From an uncultured Actinomycetes bacterium (GTDB taxonomy: Bacteria > Actinomycetota > Thermoleophilia > Solirubrobacterales > 70-9): a DNA stretch of 64,000 nucleotides. Positions 25,376 to 33,568 of the stretch are shown here, piece after piece (the first letter of the stretch is position 1; every line of letters begins with the position of its first letter). The position numbers and the translations under genes are program-made. The stretch lies in contig CALCIA010000137.1 in the NCBI GenBank assembly GCA_937907435.1, forward strand, positions 39,212-103,211. Reading direction: 5' to 3'. Under the pieces are notes generated by a model. It saw only the letters and a list, made by a program, of their open reading frames with translations, searched no databases and was not told the DNA's origin.

Positions 25376-25774
25376 TCAAGTTCGGAGAACCGAGAGCCGT
25401 AGGTAGAGGGGTCCCGCTCTCGCGCGAGGACTCGGCGAGGGCGGGACCCTGGGCAGCCGCCGCGGGGCACGCGACAGCGAGGGTCGAGGCCGGCCCGGCC
25501 GGTGTGTCCGCGGACGGGCGACGAGGAGGGCGACACCGCCGATGACGGCAAGGCAGATGCTCCCTGCCATGCCGTCCATTCCCTTGGGCTCGACGTGGTG
25601 CGTGACGATCAGGCCGCCGAGTGCGAGCACGGCCAGCAGCAGAAGAAGGCGCCGGCGCGTACCGCGCGGCGCCGCGCGTAGCCGTAGGACCACGCCTGCA
25701 TCGCCGGCCGTCGGGGAGTGGTGCGCCTGGCCTTGCATCCTCCATATAGATAGCAACGTCGCACCTCCGGTCAT
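25376..25774 (-). CDS. small 2-TM His-rich membrane protein (paralog 3 of 3)
   Basis: LLLLLAVLALGGLIVTHHVEPKGMDGMAGSICLAVIGGVALLV...ARAGPLYLRLSVLRT. Start ambiguous (ATG 25774 or 25738). Confidence 0.55.
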   Translation of the reverse strand: MTGGATLLSIWRMQGQAHHSPTAGDAGVVLRLRAAPRGTRRRLLLLLAVLALGGLIVTHHVEPKGMDGMAGSICLAVIGGVALLVARPRTHRPGRPRPSLSRAPRRLPRVPPSPSPRARAGPLYLRLSVLRT

Positions 25775-25794
25775 ATCCTACGTCGCGTAGGATG
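25774..25794. promoter_or_regulatory. palindromic operator site S6
   Basis: TATCCTACgtcgcGTAGGATG (perfect TCCTAC-N5-GTAGGA) in a 25-nt divergent gap. TAGGAT lies 6 nt before GTG 25800. Confidence 0.7.
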
Positions 25795-25799
25795 CGCGG

Positions 25800-27311
25800 G
25801 TGAGTTCGCGGGTCGAGACCACCACCGACATCCGGTTCCTGGCGATCGTCGTCTTCGTCGTCGGCGCTGCCAGTCTCGGCACCGAGATCGCCGCGGCGCG
25901 GCTCCTCGCCCCTTACTTCGGTGCCTCGACGATCGTCTGGGCCAACATCATCGGCGTCGTCCTCGTGGCCCTTGCGGTCGGTTACTGGCTCGGCGGCCGC
26001 TTCGCCGACCGCCATCCGAGTCTGCGAGGGCTCTGCGCGATCGTGATGCTCGCCGCCGTCCTGCTGGCGTTCGTCCCCTTCGCCGCCCGGCCGTTCCTCG
26101 GCGTCTCGATCGACGCGCTGGCGTCGATCGAAGCGGGAGCATTCCTCGGCTCGCTGCTCGGGGTGCTCGTGCTCGTCTCGGTGCCCGTGATGCTGCTCGG
26201 GGCCGCCGCGCCCTACGCGCTGCGGCTGGCGGTCACCGACGTGGAGCGCTCAGGTGAGGTCGCGGGCCGCCTCTACGCGATCTCGACCGGAGGCTCGCTG
26301 GTCGGGACGATGCTGGCCGCGCTCTTCCTTATCCCCTTCGCCGGGACGCAGCGGACCTTCCTCACCTTCGCCGTGGCACTCGGTGTCGTCGGCAGCCTCG
26401 GGCTCGGCCCTCGTTTCCTGGTCGTCCCCGCCCTACTCGGCGCGCTGACGCTCCTGACGGTGGGCGCGATCAAGGGCGCCGGGGACGGGCACGTCCTCTT
26501 CGAAACCGAGACCCCCTACCAGTACGCCCGCGTGGTCGAACACGCCGGCGGCGAACGGGTGCTCGAACTGAACGAGGGGCAGGCGGTCCATTCCGTCTAT
26601 GAGCCCGGCAGCTACCTCACCGGCAACTACTGGGACGGCTTCCTGGTCCTGCCGTTCGCCGCGTCGGGCCCGCCTCCCCGTCGGGTGCTGATGCTCGGCA
26701 GCGCCGCGGGGACCGTGGCGCGGGCATACGGCCACTTCTTCCCCGGGACCTGGTTCGACGCGGTCGAGATCGACGGCGAATTGACGACGATCGGCCGCCG
26801 CTACTTCGACCTGAGGAACCCGCGGATGCAGACCTACACCGAAGACGCCCGGCCTTTCCTCGCCACCGACGACCGTCGCTACGACGTGATCATGGTCGAC
26901 GCCTACCGCCAGCCCTACGTGCCGTTCTACCTGGTCACCCGCGAATTCTTCGGGCGGGTGCGCGAACACCTCGCCGTCGGGGGGAGCGTGATCGTGAACG
27001 TCGGCCATCCCGAAGGCAACGATGACCTCGAGCGCGTCGTCGGGCGGACGATGGCCGCGGTCTTCCCGGTCGTCCGGCGCGACCCGATCGAGCCGCTGAA
27101 CACGCTGCTGACCGCAAGCGTGGGCCCGGTCTCCGCCGCGAGCCTGCGCGACGCCCGGGGGTCGCTGCCGCCGGAACTTCGACGGCTCGGCAACGAAGTC
27201 GCCGGCGAGATCGGACCGCGTCTGCCGGGCGGCGAAATCTACACCGACGACCGGGCGCCGGTGGAATGGCTGGTCGACCTCTCGATCCTCGGTTACGCGA
27301 ATGAAAAGTGA
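25800..27311 (+). CDS. fused polytopic membrane domain / spermidine synthase-like (SpeE fold) protein
   Basis: N-terminal about 7 TM helices. C-terminal LMLGSAAGTVARAY...AVEIDGELT...VIMVDAYRQPYVPFYLVTREFF aminopropyltransferase-like domain. Confidence 0.85.
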   Translation: MSSRVETTTDIRFLAIVVFVVGAASLGTEIAAARLLAPYFGASTIVWANIIGVVLVALAVGYWLGGRFADRHPSLRGLCAIVMLAAVLLAFVPFAARPFLGVSIDALASIEAGAFLGSLLGVLVLVSVPVMLLGAAAPYALRLAVTDVERSGEVAGRLYAISTGGSLVGTMLAALFLIPFAGTQRTFLTFAVALGVVGSLGLGPRFLVVPALLGALTLLTVGAIKGAGDGHVLFETETPYQYARVVEHAGGERVLELNEGQAVHSVYEPGSYLTGNYWDGFLVLPFAASGPPPRRVLMLGSAAGTVARAYGHFFPGTWFDAVEIDGELTTIGRRYFDLRNPRMQTYTEDARPFLATDDRRYDVIMVDAYRQPYVPFYLVTREFFGRVREHLAVGGSVIVNVGHPEGNDDLERVVGRTMAAVFPVVRRDPIEPLNTLLTASVGPVSAASLRDARGSLPPELRRLGNEVAGEIGPRLPGGEIYTDDRAPVEWLVDLSILGYANEK

Positions 27312-27338
27312 CCTGAACCCCGAGGAGGGCCGCCGCCG

Positions 27339-28193
27339 ATGACCGCCTCGATCCCCAGCCCGAGCTCGAGTGGGCTCGCGGTCGGGCCCTTCGAAATCCA
27401 CGTCTACGGGCTGATGTACGCGATCGCGGTGGTCGCGGCGGTGCTGATCACGGTGCGCCGCTGGGAGGCCCAGGGCGGCTCGCGCGAGACCGTCTACGAC
27501 TGCGCCATCTGGGGCTTCCCGGCGGGTCTGATCGGCGGCCGCCTCTATTTCGACATCACCAGCTTCTCCGAAATGCCCCACACCTGGTGGGGTCCGTTCG
27601 CCGTCTGGGACGGCGGCCTGGGGATCTGGGGCGGGATCGCCCTCGGTACGGCAGTCGGCATCTGGCGGCTGCGCCGGGCAGGCGTCTCCGTTCCCGAGTT
27701 CATGGACGCGGCGGCGCCGGCGCTGCTGGTCGCCCAGGCGATCGGCCGGATCGGCAACTACTTCAACCAGGAGCTCTTCGGCGGGCCCACCAGCCTGCCG
27801 TGGGGCCTGGAGATCTCGGCCGCGCACCGGCCTGACGGCTACGCCGCCTACTCGACCTTTCAGCCAACCTTCCTCTACGAGTTGATCTGGAACCTCTGCC
27901 TAGCCGGCTTCCTGGTCTGGCTCGGACACCACCGCAGGATCCGCCCGCCCGGCCTCTTCGCTCTCTACGTCACCGGCTACTCGGCCTTCCGGATCTTCGA
28001 GGAGTCGCTGCGGGTCGATCCCGCCCACCACTTCCTCGGCCTGCGCCTCAACTTCTTCGTCGCCTGCATCCTCACGGTCGCCGGCGCCGTCTGGTTCATC
28101 GCCAGCCAACGGCGGGGACCGAAGTCGGCGGGCGAGGCGCCGGGGGAGCCGCGGCCGGCCCGAGATGTCGCTGTCCCTCGATCGGATCAGTAG
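27339..28193 (+). CDS. lgt: prolipoprotein diacylglyceryl transferase
   Basis: YGLMYAIAV..., GGRLYF, GGLGIWGGI, QAIGRIGNYFNQELFGGPT...PWGLEI, FQPTFLYE. GAGGAGGG SD. Confidence 0.9.
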   Translation: MTASIPSPSSSGLAVGPFEIHVYGLMYAIAVVAAVLITVRRWEAQGGSRETVYDCAIWGFPAGLIGGRLYFDITSFSEMPHTWWGPFAVWDGGLGIWGGIALGTAVGIWRLRRAGVSVPEFMDAAAPALLVAQAIGRIGNYFNQELFGGPTSLPWGLEISAAHRPDGYAAYSTFQPTFLYELIWNLCLAGFLVWLGHHRRIRPPGLFALYVTGYSAFRIFEESLRVDPAHHFLGLRLNFFVACILTVAGAVWFIASQRRGPKSAGEAPGEPRPARDVAVPRSDQ

Positions 28194-28314
28194 TCGCGCT
28201 TCTGCTCGGTCGGGCGGCGGACGAAGGGGTAGTGCGGTGTTGCGGTCGGGGCGGTAGCTGGTGCCGGTGAAGGTCTTGTCCCAGTGGCGTAGTAATCGCG
28301 CCTGTAGCTGACTC

Positions 28315-29091
28315 TCAGATCGCGCCCTCCAGCGCGAACAGGGCAATAAAGCCGACGAAGAACATCGCCGTCAGAAGCGGCGTCTCGGGGCCCTCGTGAG
28401 CCTCAACCAGCAGCTCCTCGGTGACCAGGTAGAGCAGCGCGGCGGCGCCGAAGGCGAGCACACCGGCGAGCAAGTCGGCGGAAGCGCCGGCAAGCAGCGC
28501 CGCGCCCCCGATCGCCCCCACGGCGACGCTGAGCGAGAGCAGGGAAGGAATCGCCGCCGCCCGGAATCGCGGCTCACCTGCCTTGGTCAGGCCGGCCGAC
28601 ATCGCCAGGGCCAGGAACAGCACCTCGAGCGTCAGCGCGATCGTGAGCACCCGGCCCTGGCTGGCGCCCAGGGTTACGCCGATGCCGACGAGCAAGCCGT
28701 CGATCAGGAGGTCGATGCCGATGGCGACAAGTAAGGCGATCGGCAGCGTCGGCCCTGCCTTCGCCGTTCGCTCGGCTCGTTCGGCGAACCTGCGAAGCAC
28801 GAGCAACACGATCACGCCGATCGAGAACCCGGCGACTACCGGCACCAGGGACTGATCGCGAATGTCGGGAAGAACCTCTCCCGCGACGGCCGCAAAGACG
28901 ACCCCCGCGGCGAAATGCTGGATCGCGCCGGTGGTCTTGGCCCCGGGCGGCCGCCAGGCCGCGAGGGTCGCCCCGATCACGGCAGCGGCGACCGGAAAGA
29001 GGACGAGCAGCGAAGCCTTGGCGACGACTCCGTCGCCCACGGGAGCGGACGACCTCCTACGCCGAGCTGCGCCGCAGGAGGCGCAGGGCAT
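28315..29091 (-). CDS. ZIP family divalent metal transporter (ZupT-like)
   Basis: HFAAGVVFAAVAGEVLPD, GVTLGAS, LEVLFLALAMSAGL, LYLVTEELLVEAHEG. Start uncertain (ATG 29091 or GTG 29040). Confidence 0.8.
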   Translation of the reverse strand: MPCASCGAARRRRSSAPVGDGVVAKASLLVLFPVAAAVIGATLAAWRPPGAKTTGAIQHFAAGVVFAAVAGEVLPDIRDQSLVPVVAGFSIGVIVLLVLRRFAERAERTAKAGPTLPIALLVAIGIDLLIDGLLVGIGVTLGASQGRVLTIALTLEVLFLALAMSAGLTKAGEPRFRAAAIPSLLSLSVAVGAIGGAALLAGASADLLAGVLAFGAAALLYLVTEELLVEAHEGPETPLLTAMFFVGFIALFALEGAI

Positions 29092-29418
29092 CGAGGGTGA
29101 CGAGGAGGGTCATGCCCATGTCGGCCGTCGAGCATCGTCTTCGAGCTCTGCGCGGTGAAGAAGTCGTTGCGGTCGACGACGACCTTCGGCCAGACCTCGA
29201 GCACGCCGCTGGTGCCGTGCAACGCCGGAGACCTTGGCCGGCATGCCCTGCAGCACGCCGCTGTCGATCAGCGCGGTGCGGATCTGGTTGCGAAGCGCGC
29301 CCAGGTTCTGGCGCCCTCTCCCGGAGCCCCGCACTTTCACACGCCCTCCATGATCGCTGGCGTTCGTACCCCGTCGACCCCACACATCGGGTATCCGGCC
29401 ATCGCCGGGGGGCCGTGC

Positions 29419-30114
29419 CTAGGCCGCCGGATCGGCCGGCGTCGGCCCGTTGAACGGGAAGGCTTCTGGCGGCTCGCCGCCGTATTTGCCCCAGGTTTCC
29501 TTGCCGAAGTCACGGATCGCGTCCTCGGTGAGCAGCGTCGCCGAGTACATCGAGTCGTAGAGCCCCTTCAGCGCCAGTTGGTCTTTTTCGGGCAGGCTGG
29601 GCGAGTATTGGATCTCCATCCGGCCGTGCTCGAGCGAGTGGACGAAGTCGATTTCTTCGGGCATTTTCGAGTAGGCGCCGTCGGCCTGCTGGTAGGGAGG
29701 TTCGACATGGGGGCCGGAGGTCGGCGGATTCGTTTCGTAGGGTGGCGTCGGCGAGCCCGGTGCGATGTGTTCGCTCCCCTCGTCGGAGAGGCCGAGACGA
29801 AGGGTGCAGCCGGCCTGCCTGGCGGCGGTCTTCAGGTCGGTGGCCTTGACCGGTTGCGGCTCCGTGCCGCTGCGCCCGTCTGGCGGGACCCCGTTGGTCG
29901 AGCCCGATTCGACGTTGATATGCGATGGGCCGCTGGCGGCGCCACCGCCGCTGGACACCGCCACCACGACGATCACGGCGATGACCACGACCAACACTAC
30001 GCCCGCCACCGCGGAGCCGAGCACCACGCGTTTGCGTTCGGTTTTGCGCTGGCGCTCTTCTTTTTCCAGGCGGAGCTGGCGGAGTCGTTCTTTCTCTTCC
30101 CTGCGGGTCGCCAT
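29419..30114 (-). CDS. membrane-anchored DUF3105-like protein
   Basis: N-terminal MATRREEKERLRQLRLEKEE plus a TM anchor. YETNPPTSGPHV...VHSLEHGRMEIQY motifs. Confidence 0.7.
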   Translation of the reverse strand: MATRREEKERLRQLRLEKEERQRKTERKRVVLGSAVAGVVLVVVIAVIVVVAVSSGGGAASGPSHINVESGSTNGVPPDGRSGTEPQPVKATDLKTAARQAGCTLRLGLSDEGSEHIAPGSPTPPYETNPPTSGPHVEPPYQQADGAYSKMPEEIDFVHSLEHGRMEIQYSPSLPEKDQLALKGLYDSMYSATLLTEDAIRDFGKETWGKYGGEPPEAFPFNGPTPADPAA

Positions 30115-30134
30115 ATGCTACGCGGCATAGTACT
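30114..30134. promoter_or_regulatory. palindromic operator site S7 (subclass B)
   Basis: TATGCTACgcggcATAGTACT. Touches the DUF3105 start codon. Minus strand reads AGTACTATgccgcGTAGCATATG. Confidence 0.55.
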
Positions 30135-30194
30135 CAAGACGGTCGTACTATTGCGTGCAGGAGGAGGAACGCGCTGCGGGAGGGCACGCGCGCT

Positions 30195-30831
30195 TTATTC
30201 GGGCTTGCGCGCCGCCACCCGCTCGACGATCCCCCACTTCGAGCGCTCCGGCTCGGTGACCTCGAAGCCGGCGGCGCCCAGGTACCCCAGCGTCTTGCGG
30301 GTCAGGTGATCGGCCGCGAAGCGGACGCTCAGCGGCTCCATGAGGCGCTCCGCCACGCGCACGGCCCGCACCGGGCTGCGGACGTGCTCGAGCACCGCGA
30401 AGAGCCCGCCCGTGCATAGGACGCGGAAGACCTCGCGGGCCGCGGCGCCCGGGTCGGGGATCGTGCAGAAGGCGAGGGTGCAGAGGACGCTGTCGAAGCT
30501 CGCGTCGGGAAAGTCGAGCGCCTGGGCGTCACCCACGCGGAGGTCCGCCTCGCGGCCGAGCTCCTGCTTCGGGATCGCCAGCATCTCGGGGCTCAGCTCG
30601 ATCCCGGTCAAGGTGACGTCGGCGCGATGGAGCGGCAGGTTTCGCCCGGTGCCGAGCGCGATCTCCAGCACCTAGCCCTCGGGTCGCGAGCAGGCCCACT
30701 CGCGCCCGCCCGCGAAGAGCACCCGATCGAAAAGGGCCATCTGGCGGTCGTAGCGCGGCCGCCTCCTTGTCCTGGAGGGCGCGGACGCGCTCGGTCTCCT
30801 TGCGTGTGGCGTCTGGGATCGGTTCAGCCAT
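30195..30831 (-). pseudogene. class I SAM-dependent methyltransferase with one frameshift and one in-frame TAG
   Basis: N-terminus MAEPIPDATRKETERVRALQDKEAA is in one frame. RYDRQMALFDRVLFAGGREWACSRPEG is in the next frame. TAG at 30672-30674 sits directly before VLEIALGTGRNLP... (SAM motif). Confidence 0.55.
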
Positions 30832-31780
30832 CGGCCCAGGCGCGCCGCCGCCGCAGCGCATGGCCGGAGAGGAGCAGTGCGGCTATCGCGAGGGTCGCAG
30901 GACCGCAGATCATCAGCCCGGCACAGGCCGCGGCGAGCAGCAGAGGCACCTGCAGGTTCGGATCGAGGATGCCGTGCCAGATCGAGAAGCTCGCCGCCAC
31001 CAGCGCCGCGAGCGCGAGCAGGCTGCGCGCCAACGGCGAGCTCGGGAGCCGCCAGCGTGTCACCTCGGGATCGCCCATCAGGTGATCGATGCGTTCGGGG
31101 GCCAGGCCGACGACCACAGCCGGCCGCCCCGAGGACTCCGAGAACTTGAGAAGGGCGGCGGCGAGCGGGGCGCGGCTGCCGCTCGCCGCCACCGCCGCCT
31201 CGTCGGCCGCAAGCTCGCCGAGCGCGGCATAGCGCTCGCTGCTGCGGCGCAGGATCGGGATGAAGAAGAGCGCGTCGGCAAGGGTGCGCGCCGCGAGCAG
31301 GCGCAGGGGGTCGCGGCGGCGCGCGTGGTGGGACTCGTGGAAGAGGACGGCGCGCAGCTCGGCCGGCTCGAGTTGCTCAACCGCACCTTGGCTCAGGTAG
31401 ACCTGGGGGCGCAGGTAGCCGGCGCAGAAGGCGCGCGGCTCGGAAGAGTCGATCAGCCGGCAGCCGACCCCCTCGATGTCGACCGACTCGGCGCTCGGCC
31501 GCTGGGCGATCAGGTAGCGTCGGCTGGCGCGAAGCTGGCGGCGAAGCGAGCGCGTTCCGAGGCCGAGGGCCGCAAGCGCCAGCACCGCGATCGAGAGCCC
31601 GAGCAGCGAGGCGGGTCCGCCGGCACCCAGCCAGTTTTCGCAGGCCGCCGAGATCGCCTGCGAGCTCGGGACGGCGAGGCTCTGCCTGGTGACGATCAGC
31701 GTCGCGGCGGCGGCGAGGAGGACCGCCGCCAGCGTCGCAAGCACCAAATGCAGGAGGTAGAGCCGCCCGGCGCCCCGCAT
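30824..31780 (-). CDS. M56 family (BlaR1-like) membrane metalloprotease, no sensor domain (pair 2)
   Basis: TM helices, LFHESHHARRRDP (HExxH), about 318 aa. ATG 31780 shares one base with the BlaI-like stop. Confidence 0.8.
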   Translation of the reverse strand: MRGAGRLYLLHLVLATLAAVLLAAAATLIVTRQSLAVPSSQAISAACENWLGAGGPASLLGLSIAVLALAALGLGTRSLRRQLRASRRYLIAQRPSAESVDIEGVGCRLIDSSEPRAFCAGYLRPQVYLSQGAVEQLEPAELRAVLFHESHHARRRDPLRLLAARTLADALFFIPILRRSSERYAALGELAADEAAVAASGSRAPLAAALLKFSESSGRPAVVVGLAPERIDHLMGDPEVTRWRLPSSPLARSLLALAALVAASFSIWHGILDPNLQVPLLLAAACAGLMICGPATLAIAALLLSGHALRRRRAWADG

Positions 31781-32169
31781 CAAGAACCTTTGGCGAGTTT
31801 TCGCAGCGCGGCACGGCGCTTGGGGTCGACGCTTCCGAGCTGACGGGCGAAGTGGGCGAGGGCGAGGTCGCCGTAGTCGGCGACCAACTCGTCGACCCTG
31901 CTCTGCGCGCGGGCCTCGAGGTACTCGTCACGGCTCATCGTCGGACGATAGAAGTGGGTCTTGCCTCGCTTCCGCCGCCGCAGGAATCCCTTTTTCTCAA
32001 GCCTCGCCATGATCGTCATGATCGTCGTGTAGGCGCGCTGCTTGCGGCCCGAGTTGAGCGTCTCCAGCACCTCACGCACGGTCGTCTCTTCGCGCTCCCA
32101 GACCTCCTCCATGACCTCCGACTCGAGTTCATGCAGCGGGGGTGGTCCTGGGCTTTGTCCTGTGGCCAT
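31780..32169 (-). CDS. BlaI/MecI/CopY family winged-helix repressor (pair 2)
   Basis: LESEVMEEVWEREETTVREVLETLNSGRKQRAYTTIMTIMARLEKKGFLRRRKRGKTHFYRPTM. Confidence 0.85.
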   Translation of the reverse strand: MATGQSPGPPPLHELESEVMEEVWEREETTVREVLETLNSGRKQRAYTTIMTIMARLEKKGFLRRRKRGKTHFYRPTMSRDEYLEARAQSRVDELVADYGDLALAHFARQLGSVDPKRRAALRKLAKGS

Positions 32170-32196
32170 TGCCGAAGTCTACTAAGCTGACAGCCA

Positions 32197-32217
32197 TCTA
32201 CTATGCTGCGTAGCACT
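32197..32217. promoter_or_regulatory. palindromic operator site S8 (subclass B)
   Basis: TCTACTATgctgcGTAGCACT in the divergent region between BlaI-like pair 2 and the 32229 gene. A TCTACTA direct repeat lies 20 nt upstream. Confidence 0.55.
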
Positions 32218-32228
32218 TTGAGGGGACG

Positions 32229-32876
32229 ATGACGAGCCGTACGGAAGAGAAGGAACGCCTTCGCGAGGCGCGCCTCGAGCGCCAACAGGCCGCCGAAGGA
32301 AGTGGGCGGAGACGGCTGTGGGCTTATGGGCTCGCGGCTGTCCTCGCGGTCCTCGTGATCGCCGGGTTCGTCGTGGCGATCGTCGGGGGCAGCGGTGGCG
32401 GCTCGAGCTCGGCCGACGTCGGCGGCGCCTTCGGCACGCACTACGAAGGCCTGGGCGAACGCGAGGCGGCCGCCAACGTCCCGACGATGATGGACACGAT
32501 GAGCAGCTCCTACCACGTCCATCCTCACATCGCCATCTACGTGGATGGCAGGCAGATCGCCGTGCCGCCGGACATCGGCATCGACCCGAGCCGACCGTCG
32601 ATGGAAATGGCCGGCCTCCACACCCACGACCCGAGCGGCACGATCCACGACGAGGGGATGCCGGGTTCCCGCCTCGGCCAGTTCTTCGCGGTCTGGGGCG
32701 TGCCGTTCTCGAATGGGCAGCTCGGCCCCTACAGATCCGATGGGCCGAAGACGGTCAGGATGTGGGTGGACGGCAGACCGTCGAACGCATTCGGGAACCT
32801 CCACCTCCAGGACGCCCAGCAGATCGTCGTCGCCTTCGGGACCCCGGCGCAGGTCCCGGCCGACGTGACGGGCTAG
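32229..32876 (+). CDS. membrane-anchored extracytoplasmic His-rich protein (unknown family)
   Basis: N-terminus MTSRTEEKERLREARLERQQ plus a TM anchor, paralogous to the DUF3105 N-terminus. YHVHPHIAIYVDG...GLHTHDPSGTIHDEG...FFAVWGV. Confidence 0.7.
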   Translation: MTSRTEEKERLREARLERQQAAEGSGRRRLWAYGLAAVLAVLVIAGFVVAIVGGSGGGSSSADVGGAFGTHYEGLGEREAAANVPTMMDTMSSSYHVHPHIAIYVDGRQIAVPPDIGIDPSRPSMEMAGLHTHDPSGTIHDEGMPGSRLGQFFAVWGVPFSNGQLGPYRSDGPKTVRMWVDGRPSNAFGNLHLQDAQQIVVAFGTPAQVPADVTG

Positions 32877-32878
32877 GG

Positions 32879-33568
32879 ATGGGGCGCCGGCCTCGGATCA
32901 GGCCTCGCCTGGTCCTCGCGGTCGGGCTGCTTGCTGCCGTGGCCGCCGTGCTCGTGCTGAACCTGACGGCTGCCGGCTCACGGAAGAGCGCCGGCGAAGG
33001 GCGCGTGCAGGCGATGACGCCGGTCGCCGATCCCTTCGCCGAACTCTCCGGCTCCCACAGCAACCGCTGCGACCTGGCGGCCACCGAACTCCGGCAGATG
33101 CCGATGGGCGAGCGCCTGCAGGGATCGTGCTGCTTCCCGATGGACCGCGCTCGCTACGACCAGCAGCTCCGCGGCCTGCGGGCCTACCGGCGGAGCGGGG
33201 TGGTCCCGAGCGACCCCTACGACATCTCCGTCCGCCTCGCCAGGCGGCTGTTGGACTACCGCAAGATCGCGCTGGGCGGGCGGGAGGCTGCCATCTACAC
33301 GCGGGCGACCAACCTCTCCAGCCTCGGTGGCCCCTGCTGTTGTCCCTGCTGGCGCTGGCAGGCCTTCAAGGGCCAGGCCAGGTTCCTGATCGCCCGACGC
33401 CACTTCTCCCCTGCCGAGGTGGCGAAGGTCTGGGGGTTGGAGGAGGGCGTGGAGGTCCGGCGAGGGCCTGAGGGTCCGGTCAGGATCAGGAGCCACCGCG
33501 CGGGGGCACGATCCGCGTCGGCCGGTTGTAGGCGAAGTAGCGCTGGGTCGAGTAGTGACCTTGGGTGA
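32879..33568 (+). CDS. secreted Cys-rich protein (CCFPMD ... CCCPCWRW motifs)
   Basis: Signal anchor MGRRPRIRPRLVLAVGLLAAVAAVLVL. Cys clusters. The 3' end overlaps the convergent CopC/CopD gene by about 80 nt, so the true C-terminus is uncertain. Confidence 0.55.
   Translation: MGRRPRIRPRLVLAVGLLAAVAAVLVLNLTAAGSRKSAGEGRVQAMTPVADPFAELSGSHSNRCDLAATELRQMPMGERLQGSCCFPMDRARYDQQLRGLRAYRRSGVVPSDPYDISVRLARRLLDYRKIALGGREAAIYTRATNLSSLGGPCCCPCWRWQAFKGQARFLIARRHFSPAEVAKVWGLEEGVEVRRGPEGPVRIRSHRAGARSASAGCRRSSAGSSSDLG

Noticed and set aside
28194-28314. Minus-strand peptide ...QLQARLLRHWDKTFTGTSYRPDRNTALP... between lgt and the ZIP gene, reminiscent of a transposase fragment.
   Set aside because: It is too short and I cannot place it in an IS family. 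No inverted repeats were seen.
29092-29418. Three short protein-like fragments on the minus strand in three frames: ...RQNLGALRNQIRTALIDSGVLQGMPAKVS.., ..GTSGVLEVWPKVVVDRNDFFTAQSSK.., ..MGMTLLVTLDALRLLRRSSA*.
   Set aside because: The last piece resembles a P-type ATPase C-terminus, but the middle pieces do not fit. I could not assemble a coherent family, so it is left unannotated as a possible gene remnant.
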